From Pelomyxa schiedti (Eukaryota > Protista > Evosea), in NCBI GenBank assembly GCA_020536535.1, contig JAHLWZ010000255.1, forward strand, positions 1-45,301: 45,301 nucleotides of DNA. Reading direction: 5' to 3'. The notes beneath the pieces are model-generated. The model had not been told where the DNA came from. It worked only from the letters and a program-made list of their open reading frames with translations, and made no database searches. The translations under genes were made by a program, and so were the position numbers. Shown piece after piece: positions 36,083-45,301 of the stretch (positions are counted from its first letter, which is position 1; the number at the start of each line of letters is the position of its first letter).

Positions 36083-38254
36083 ATGAAGGGAACAGCGAAC
36101 AACGGGCGGGACGTGACACGAGCGTTGCTGGAGGAATTCCAGCACTTCTCGCTGAGCCAGTCGGTGGTGAACGCGGTGGTGGCGTCGGCGCAGGACCCGG
36201 CCACGCAGATACCGGCGAGCAAGGGAGGGGGCGGCAACGGGGGCGGGGGAGGGAGGAAGGGGGGAGGCGGGCAGCAGCAGCAGGTGATGGAGCGGGCCAG
36301 GGCCCTGCTCAAGGCAATGTGTGCCGGTGACGAGCAGAAAATAGTGGCTTTGCAAGCAATGTTCCCTGTGTGTTCTTCTTCTTCTTCTTCTTCTTTCTTT
36401 TTTCTTTTTTTTTTTTTTTTTTCCCCGGTGTTGTTTATGTTTCTGTTTATGTTTCTGCTTTTTTTTTTTTTTTTTCCCTGGCTTTTAGTTGTTGGTTGTT
36501 TCATTTATTATAATATGTTTGGATGTAGGAAATGAAATAAGCTAACTGATTCTCTTGTATGCAATTAGCAAGTACCACCACAAACGATAGCCAAGACAAT
36601 TTGTGAAGCTAATGGTTCTTTGGAGCAAGCAGTGGAACAACTTGTAATGTATGCTACTCATGTGAAGCTGCCCACACCAAATGCCCAAAATCCAGCCCGA
36701 ATCCACCCAGTGCAACAAATGCCACCACCACCAAAGACGCCACCAACCAACACACCATCAAAGGTAACACCCAGTCCTGACGCCAGTTCAACAACCACAG
36801 CCACTTCGACTTCAACCGCACCCACACCTACTTCCACAGCTACACCTGGGGTAACTTCGACGGCGTCTGTAAAGCCTACTCCTACAATTGCCCCGTCACT
36901 GCTTACGTCCGCTCTACCTGGAAAAGTACCCCCACCTCAAGAGCATGCGATTGACATAGAAACCCATGGGGGCCAAAGGTATCAGAATCTCCACGTGCTT
37001 TTTGACCACACCCTAGTGCTGTTCTTGAAGCTGCCATGCAGAAGAATAAGCTACCACGCAAACCTATAATGGCTTCCGAAGTTGTACCCAAGGAACCTGG
37101 AACAACAATATCTCTTAGTGGTCACGTATCTCCTGTGGGTTCCTGCCTGTCTTAGTAAAGACTAACATTCCTCAAGGAATCACCGAAGTCAATAAATTAT
37201 GAGTTCCACATTCAAGGAGTAGAGCCAACAGCCACAGACTGGGTTGGCTTGTATATCCACAACAGACAGTACGCTAACAAATACTCTGATTGGCAGCACA
37301 CTGGTTACTTTTTCCCACCCTCCAAAAAGTTAAAACCTCTCACACAGCCGGCACCGCACATGGTCACGGGACATTTTCCAATCTACTTGACGGGTTTTAT
37401 GACTTGAGGCTTTTCCTCAATGGAAACAAGGTAGCTAATAGAAGGTTTTCTTGTGTTAATCTGTTAAAGACAAATCCTATCTGCCGCTCTGAACCAGTAT
37501 TGATCGGTACCGAAGTTCCTCTCTCTGCTGAAATCGTAGGCCGAAAAGTTCGGATAAGCTGGCTCCCAAAGAATGCAACCTTGAACCCAACCTATGACTG
37601 GATTGGCCTATTTCTCAAGGTTCCATTGTTTATTAACAGGCTCTTTTTTACACTGCACAGGGAACAAAAAGTAACAAGAAGTTCCTCATGTATACTTGGG
37701 GAAGTGAATGTGGCAGTGTGTTAGTGGGACCTATTCCTTATGGTACAGACGAATATGAATGTCGTTACTTTAAGCATGGGTCTGGCTTCATATACTCAGG
37801 AAGAGTGTTCTTTTCTATACCTGTCAGGGACTCTCTTACTGTTATCTCATCTAACCTGAGGTTTGTCACACCATTTCCCGTGTAACGAAAAACATATTTC
37901 TAGACTTGGGGAATCTTTGCAAGTCCGTTGGGCTCTCTCCACTGTGGAACCTCACAGTAGAGACTGGATAGGGATTTTCCCGGCTGGTGCGAAGGACGAT
38001 GCTTACCTATGCTATAAATACACACACAACTGCACGGTGGACCAGCGTGACCACGATAATGGAACCATGGTATTTGATACAGCCGACCTCACAAAGGTGT
38101 CATATATCAACGAGCCTTGAAATGTTTGTAACCAAATTTGTAGATTTTGCCAGGCAATTATGACCTGAGGTTCTTCTCTGGCACTACAGGGGCAAAGCTT
38201 CCATCTATGTCGATTTCTATTACGGTGTCTACTTATGGTATAGGCTCACTGTAA
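36083..38254 (+). CDS. CUE-domain protein with P/T-rich linker and three C-terminal SKICH-like Ig-fold domains
   Basis: Spliced CUE KIVALQAMFPQVPPQTIAKTICEANGSLEQAVEQL. Three repeats with DWVGLY/DWIGLF/DWIGIF paired with GFYDLRLF/EYECRYF/GNYDLRFF. Stop TAA 38252-38254. Confidence 0.8.
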
Positions 38255-38379
38255 AAAACCTCCAAACATTGTATACAAAACAGAAGGTGAATAAAAGCAG
38301 AAGCAAAACAAAAAAAAAAAAAAATTCTTCTTTCAAAATGGTGGTTTCTTTGTTGGAATGATAAATCAATCCATTTTGA

Positions 38380-40933
38380 CTACATGTCATCCTCCCCACC
38401 ACCCTCCTTGTTGTCCCACACAGAGGGTGCACCCTCATCACTGAGGTCCCTGTGGAACTGCAGCCACACCCTCATAGCATCGTCCATCACAGCCTGTGTC
38501 AGCGGGCACACCCTCTGCTCAGCCAGCCCTATCGCCAGCCTCATGACGGCGCCCACGGCCCGCCCGCTGCCCGTGAACTCGGCCAGCTTGTCCAGCGCGA
38601 AGCTCGAGTCCACCAGCTTCTCCGCGGCCTCTTGCCCGCGGGGCTGCCCGCCGCCGCCGCCGTCGCCGTCGGCCAGCTTCTCGTCGCCGAGGATGCGGAT
38701 CAGCAGGTTCCTCCACACCACGCGCTTGCCGGCCACGTCGAGCGGCTCGTACCTGACCGCGAGGGTGACGCGGCTGAGCGCGGCCGGGTCGAAGCTGGCC
38801 GCCCGGTTCGAGGTGATGAACAGCGAGCCCTCGAAGTTCTCCAGCAGGCGCAGGAGCACGCCGACCATCGAGTTGAGCAGGAGCTGCCCGCGGCGCCGCC
38901 GCTCCACCAGCGCGTCGCCCTCGTCGAGCAGCACCAGGGCGCCCCAGTGCGCCGCGAGCGAGAGGACGTCGGTGAGGCGCTCCTCGAGCTCCGCGACGGT
39001 GGACCCGAGCTCGGCGAATGAGAGGGAGTAGAGCGGCCGGCCGAACAAGTTTGCAAGTGCCTCAACGGAAAGGGTTTTACCTGAAAGGTTTGGAGTCAGT
39101 TGGTGGTTTTCTTTTTTTGTGTGTGTGTGTTTGGTTACCTGTTCCGGGCGGACCATAGAGCAGGAAAAGCACACCTCCACCTTTTCCTTCAATGACATCA
39201 CGGAATTTGTACCTTGGTTCCCTCTGTAGTCTCTGTAAGAGAGTCCGCACTTCTTCATCGACTCCCTCAACACCTCCACTGGAACATGCAATCGCTCGTT
39301 CTCCCCGTAGTGTCGATGCAGCCATGGCCATTAACATTTCTTTGGTTTGAGCAGGTAAAACCAACTGCCTCCAGGCATCGCTGCTGTAGGGTACAGTTTC
39401 CAGGCTATCAACAACTACATGCCCCCATTGCTTAATAGTTAAACTGAATGCAACCACTGTTGGCCAGCATAGATATTTCATTGATTGGGGCACTGTAGAC
39501 CATATGTGCAAACCAGCAGCCTTGAGCCTCTCAGCGCGCTTTTCTTCACTCTCTCCTTCAGTTGAGCTCCTTTGAGTGTTTCTGTATGCTTTGATTCCTG
39601 CAGCAATTGCTAGTCCTGCTTCATCCACTGCGGATGCAGGGGCATGGCCTAACTCAAGTCCTCTTCTGGTATCCACAACCAATCGTCCGGGAGCAGCAAG
39701 CTTATGACTAGCAGTTGCTGCACCACGATTTCCCATACTTCCCACGTGTGGGAAAAAGCTGCCAGCACGATACCGGCGGTAGGCAGGTCTACCAGCTAGA
39801 GAAGCCAAAATGGAAGCACGGTGCTCCAGCTCTGGGGGTGGTGTCTCTGTTGGGAGCAGTGGCCTAAATGGCAGAGATGAGAGTTCCTTGGTGCCAGTCC
39901 AGTCTTCAAAAATCTGCTCAAATGATACAGCAATGAATTCCCCTGCCATTGCCACTAGAGTAGTAAGCACTAGGCGATAAGAGAACTTGCGGCCACCCAA
40001 CAGAGATCGCAGTGGCTCATAGTATGAGTCCGTGACCCTCATCCCCACTAATGCACCTCCGAGGGCACCCACGCTTCTGCTTGTGACAATGCTTCCTATG
40101 GGGAACACTTCTTGTAAGCCCATGTACTCTATGGGCCAGTCCTCAGTCATTGCCTCCCTTGTTGATTGTATTATGTCTATATACTCCTTCTCAATTGCTG
40201 CAATGAATTCATCCAATGCCTCAAAGACCAGAGGAGCTTTTCCATTTGCAGGCAATGTGAAGCCAAAACCAGACACAGTTTCAAGGAGCCTGTTAACGCG
40301 CTCAGCAAGGTCAGGATCCTTCTCCAAATCCTCGGCAGTACTGGCGTTCAGAGCTGCAGAATCTCTTTGCAAAGCACGTAACCTAGCCAGTTGTCCATAC
40401 ACCTAATTTAATTTAAGATATCTCGCTCTAACAATACATCTTTTTCCCCAGTAACATTTATACTTTTTTAAATGAAAAAAAACCAAAAAAATACGCACCA
40501 TCCCAATTGGCATTTCAATGTCCAGGCTTCCCCTGGTCATCTTTCTGAGAACGTGCAGCAAAGGGACCACGACGGGGGGTAAGTTCTCGCTGGAGGCAGA
40601 CTGAGACGCCCCGCCCCTAGAGACCGTGTGTGTCCCACCGGTGGGCTGGGGCGTGGCGACCTTGTGCGGGGCCCGCCCCCGCGCCCGCGTGCTGAAGACC
40701 ACAGCGTCGGGCTCCCCTGTGGCCTTGCGCCGTATGGTAAACAGGGGCTCTTCCTCCTGCTGCTGCTCGGTGCCGCTGGTGCGCGGGGCTGCGGGAGGGG
40801 CGGCTGCTGGTCGGCGGGAGACCACGCCAGGGGGAGGAGGGGGCGAGGAGCCAGGGAACGGAGGAGGAGGGGGCGGCGGCGGCGGAGGCGGCGGTGTGGC
40901 CGAACTCGGGGGTGCTGCTGTTGTTGCAGACAT
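38380..40933 (-). CDS. AAA+ ATPase of the family expanded in filamentous fungi (long N-terminal domain + single AAA), polyproline N-terminus; 2 introns
   Basis: DAWRQLVLP, DVIEGKGGGVLFLLYGPPGTGKT (Walker A split by an intron), RPLYSLSFAELG, WGALVLLDEGD, LLRLLENFEGSLFITSNR, FDPAALSRV. Confidence 0.92.
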
Positions 40934-41334
40934 GTCTTTGTGTTGTTGCGTTTAGTTGCTTGGCGGTTTGGATTTATTTTTTTTTTTGTGTGTTTGTTTG
41001 CGTGGTGACGTTTGGTTTAAAAGGGAGAGGTGCCCATTGGGCGCAAGTCCTTTAGCAGATCGCACCAAGCTCGCCAATTTTTCATGGTTCTTCGGAACTC
41101 GCCTGCTTTTTGTTTGAACGCGATCCCAAACATAGCCCACCAAGTTGGACTGGCCAGAACTCCAACTCCTCGTTCACTCCCGGGGTACACAATGCACTTC
41201 CAGAAGAAAAACTTCTCCGGGAACTGCCGACCCGCACGTCGAGGGGGCAGCCTGACTCTCGAATTTAGGTGAAGGGCACCTTTCATATAAAAACCCATCA
41301 CACAGCAGGAAGGGGTGGGAATAACATAGCAGGA

Positions 41335-42535
41335 ATGGCAGCAGTGCCGATGCGTACGGTGCGTAGGCAAGTGGTGGACCCCAGCATGCTGTTCACTTAC
41401 GCGAGGGAGGGCGACGATCCCAACACCAAGCTGCTGCTCGACTGCGGCGTCGACGTGAACATGAGGGACTTTGATCGCAACTGCACGCCTTTGCATTTTG
41501 CTTGTTCTGTGGGCGCCAGGGGTGTATGTGACAAAAAACCAGTTCTACAATTTTTTTTTCTTTTTTTCCCTTTTTAGGCCGCAACTAAAATTTTTAAAAC
41601 ACATTCAAGGTTATTGAGACACTTGTAGCTAGGGGAGCTGATCTTAATGCCAGAGATACTTTTGATAGGACTCCAATGCATATACTAATAGAGAAACGGT
41701 GATTTTCATGAAATAAAAAAACCTCGTCTTACCTTGTACACAAACTACATCAAGTTATGATACCCTTGCTGTGTGGATGGCCAGGCAGGGAGGGGACATA
41801 AATTCCCCTGACCGCAAAGGAAACGGTCCCGTTGATTATGCACTACCATTTCTTCAAAGAGACTTGCGCATGGCTGCTGGAGAAATAAAGAGTATCTTTA
41901 TTTTCTCTCTGTCTGTTTTATCAACTGCCTTCTATAGTAGACGGAGGGGCTGTTACCCCGATAGGCTCAACAGGCGCGACCTCCACTCCAACATCGGCAG
42001 TCATTCTTGCAATGGCAGCACCAACCCCTTCTCCATCCAAACCTGCTGCACCTCCTGTCAGAAAAGTTCTCTTTCACAATTTACCATACACTATAATGAC
42101 TTTTTTTTTATAGGAGCCTATTCGAGTGGCTTTCAGAAGCGATGCATACAAGTCTATTATGGTAACATCGGATCAGAATGCAGCACAACTTGTCAGGGAT
42201 ATGCTTGTCAAGTTGGACATTGATCCCGCAAAACGAAATTGGTTTGACATTGTCGAACGAAAGAACGTAGAAGGCAGGTAACAGCCGCAAGGCTTCACAT
42301 ACTTACACGAATTTTCCAAAAGAGCGCCATTTGGCACCCAATGAAAACATCCTCGAAGTGAAACAAAAATGGCCAGTGAAGTGGGATAACACCGGAAATG
42401 ATGAATCATATAAAACACATCACTTCATTGTATGCATCCCTTCTTCTGCACAACCACTTTGTTCAAGATTTGTAGTTATGCTGCAAACCAAACACACCAA
42501 AGGCCATTGCGGAGGAGTTTGCCTCCAAGACTTGA
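41335..42535 (+). CDS. Ankyrin repeat protein with C-terminal Ras-association/ubiquitin-like domain
   Basis: CTPLHFAC, GADLNARDTFDRTPMH, GGDINSPDRKGNGP. C-terminal IRVAFRSDAYKSIMVTSDQNAAQLVRDMLVKLDI..FDIVE..NENILEVKQKW fits an RA-type beta-grasp. The last exon is uncertain. Confidence 0.8.
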
Positions 42536-42640
42536 TCAATACTAAATGAAATGTACTGTAGAAACTTTTTTTTTGTATGAAGTACACTTATTGGGTCACA
42601 AAACCCAACAAAGTTTGGTTGGTGTGGTCACTTAGATAAA

Positions 42641-43700
42641 TCAGTCTTGTTTTGGTTTCTCGGGATTGGAGTAGACGGCGTATGAGACTATGTTGGTTAC
42701 GAATTTGATGGTGATGTACATGGCGACTACTCTGCCAAGGAAAAGATTGTGAATAATTAACCCCTTGTGGACACCCTAGCCATAGTTTGAGTGAAGCAGT
42801 GGGAAAGGTGACTTACCGCTCTCCCCATCAAAGTACAGTATGTCACGCATTCAACTACACCTAACTTGGAGGAAAATCCTGATGAAACGGTCCCCCGCCA
42901 CAGAGAACGGAGGTATCTCTGTGCGTGATAGGCGGAGTCAATGAGCAATAGTTCAAGGATAAGAGTTTCTGGAAAGAATATGTCAGAGTCAATCAAGACT
43001 AGATATTACATGAAAAACCGGAAATCAGGTCGTGCTGATGTGAAAAAACTTTCGAGATAGCAAACCATGCAAAGAATTCTACTATCTGATTCACAAGGCT
43101 TACAGCGTTCCCGTGCACAAGGATGTCAAACCACTGGTGTAGGATTAACACATTAAATGCCTACTGAGGAAAGGTAAAAACCATCTCACTGAAATGTGTC
43201 ATCATCAGCAATTTGTACGCCAATAAAAGATATACTATCTAACAGAAAGGTTGAGTCAATAGCGCAAAGTACACGTGCGGGCGAAATGCTGATATCAAAC
43301 GTTTGTGCACTTGCCTCTTGATAAGTCAAGGGGTTTTCACTCAATTTGGAGGAGAAATATTGCCACGTGATATAGGTCATAAAGCAGTGAGCCAATCCAA
43401 TAAGCAGATAGTTCAACCGCTGCAAAAATCTGCACAAGCTCCTGCCCCTTTCACCAGCCAATAGCCTCACAACAACCACTTTTTTTTTTGTTGTTTGTTG
43501 TTTGTTGTTTGTTCCACAACGATAGATGGCAACTTACAAAAGAGACACGAGACCAAGAAAAAAGTGAGTGCGAGGCCACAATAGCACCAGTCGTGTGCGT
43601 AGTCGTACAGCAGATCAAAGTTGATGGAACCCAGCTCGGGCATCCTGGATCCCACAATTCCCTTTCCCGTCTCGTACCACTCTTGCACAGTCACCCGCAT
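42641..43700 (-). CDS. Hypothetical multi-pass membrane protein with C-terminal KxKxx ER-retrieval signal
   Basis: Several hydrophobic exons (CYCGLALTFFLVSCLF; LNYLLIGLAHCFMTYITW; RVVAMYITIKFVTNIVSYAVY) with GTAAG donors. Inferred end NPEKPKQD*. Internal exon structure not fully resolved. Confidence 0.6.
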
Positions 43701-43841
43701 CACCGCAGCCTGGTGTAGGTGTGGAATTGTTTCTGTTAAAAAAAAAAAAAATTTTTTTCCAAAGTCCGTATTTTACGGATCATTTTGTTTGCTTGGCCGA
43801 ATGCCACGATTCTGATGTAATCAGCTGGACCGCAGTGCCCA

Positions 43842-44123
43842 ATGAAAGACTTCCAAGTGGGTGACAGTGTTCTTGCATACTATGATGGACGAGGCACCGC
43901 TCCGGCTGTTGTTCAGTGCATTTGGAAGTGTGTGATCGTCACTGTCCCCGGAACGAATTTATGAGCGTGTAAGTGCACTTCCTCAAAGTGCCTTTTATCA
44001 ACCGTTATGTTTCACAACTTAATACTTCCAGACAAACCTGCAGTGTTTACTTTTGTGCACTTGCAGCTCATCAATCACTTCAGTACAGTGCTGAAGAATG
44101 TCGCCTTTAAGAACAGAAATTAG
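43842..44123 (+). pseudogene. Possible decayed gene fragment with Tudor/PWWP-like start
   Basis: MKDFQVGDSVLAYYDGRGTAPAVV.. is interrupted by an in-frame TGA (43962-43964). Just after it are a strong GTAAGT..CAG intron and a short in-frame exon. Confidence 0.25.
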
Positions 44124-45301
44124 TGGTAAGAAAAAGTGTAAGTGATGCCACTCAAACGTGTCCCAGTTCGGTCAATAAGAGTTGCACGCAATGCAATCTA
44201 TGTTTATCTCCCTGACTGCCAAAGGCACTAGAGAGGTATGAGGTAATGTCTTCTTGGTATCATACAAGCAAAAAACGCTTGTAGACAGGTAATCGTCTCC
44301 AGTTGCAAAGATCTCAACAGGAGTGATGTGAAGGATTGAAAGTGCATGGAAAGTCTATGTGGATAAAATTGGTTTTTAGCCAAAAATTACCACAGGTCCT
44401 CCAAGAGAATGAGTATTAATCCCACTTGATGAACACACAATCCATATGCTTACCTTTTGGTATTCTCCAGAACTGATGCCGCAAAGAACCGTTCTCGAGA
44501 CTCATTCCTGGTCTGTTTTTTCTGCGGGGCTCATTCACTGTGGGAGACCACAACGTCTCGGGTTTGTTGGCAAAGCTCTTTCATCAAACGCTTGTTTCGT
44601 TTCCTGACGTTGATAACTTGAGTGAGTGAAAACAAATGCCATTGAGCCCCTTGTGAACTGCATGGGAGAGAACAAGAGGGAGAGCTTGGGGTAGTGGAAG
44701 AGATCAGCATAGAATTTATTTTTAGACCTGGTCTTCGAGTGACTGTCCTGGCTTCGAAGCCTCGGCTTTCAGGGGATTTTTTTTTACCACAGTTTCCTTT
44801 TCGTTCTCCTTTTTCTCCGCGTCCAACGGAGTTGTACCAAACCAGCGGTGCCGATGTGGTACGCAGGACGCAGGTCCCTCCCTTACACCATTTGTGTTGT
44901 TTCGTTTGGACAATTCGAAATTGTGGCATGAATGGCATGTTGACATTACTATTTGCCTGCGTGTACGACTGCGCCTACGACCACACGTGTCCACACACCA
45001 CAGCTGCCATTTGGAGACAAACAAACCGATGTTCACCGAACGATCAAACTGCACCCATTTACGCCGCCCGTTGGATTTCTCCTACTGCTGTGACATCACT
45101 CATACGAGGATACAGTAGACACCTCACGTACCTCGTACATAGACTTAGAGATCTTCACTGCAGCTCTCTGATTTTCTAATCCTGTGCTATTTTCTTAACG
45201 TACTTCTTAACGTACAGTTGCTGTTTTCTCCCCGGCGAAAAGACCCAACAAAATAAAAAGCAACAAAACAAAACAATAAAATAAAACAAAACAAAAAAAA
45301 C

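Noticed and set aside
41017-41280. Protein-like minus-strand frame (WWAMFGIAFKQKAGEF...) between the AAA and ankyrin genes
   Set aside because: No clear start, splice structure or recognisable domain, and it lies in a divergent promoter region.
344-43700. Alternative genetic code or stop readthrough suggested by fragmented ORFs
   Set aside because: Almost every break I traced is resolved by a short GT-AG intron, and TAA, TAG and TGA all act as terminal stops.

Overview
Gene-dense eukaryotic genomic DNA, not prokaryotic. It holds about 12 protein-coding genes interrupted by many very short (mostly 36-60 nt) GT-AG introns with highly degenerate splice signals. The gene repertoire (Roco kinase, RasGEF, RhoGEF, VIT-vWA) and intron style suggest an amoebozoan protist, possibly Archamoebae/Pelomyxa-like; this is inference. 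I spliced the genes by hand. In order: VIT-vWA protein with a C-terminal zinc finger (5'-truncated by an apparent assembly chimera); C1-IQ-DH-C1 RhoGEF; ABHD-family hydrolase; NRF-6-like acyltransferase-3; LRR-Roc-COR-kinase-WD40 Roco protein; ~2,720-aa NO VEIN-like GHKL ATPase/DUF3883 nuclease; USP39/Sad1; ankyrin RasGEF; CUE + 3x SKICH-like protein; fungal-type AAA+ ATPase; ankyrin + RA-like protein; an ER membrane protein. Most notable: the Roco LRR region is an array of 12 symmetric phase-1 exons, one repeat per exon (ten exactly 84 nt), joined to a non-RD kinase and adjacent to the intron-poor ATPase-nuclease gene. Also notable are a duplicated H-lectin/tail-fibre-like domain in the RasGEF and a CUE-SKICH protein resembling xenophagy receptors. 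Both 100-N gaps are flanked by exact 121-nt duplications, which look like assembly artefacts. No tRNA, rRNA, CRISPR array or intact mobile element was seen. All domain calls come from motif recognition, not database searches.
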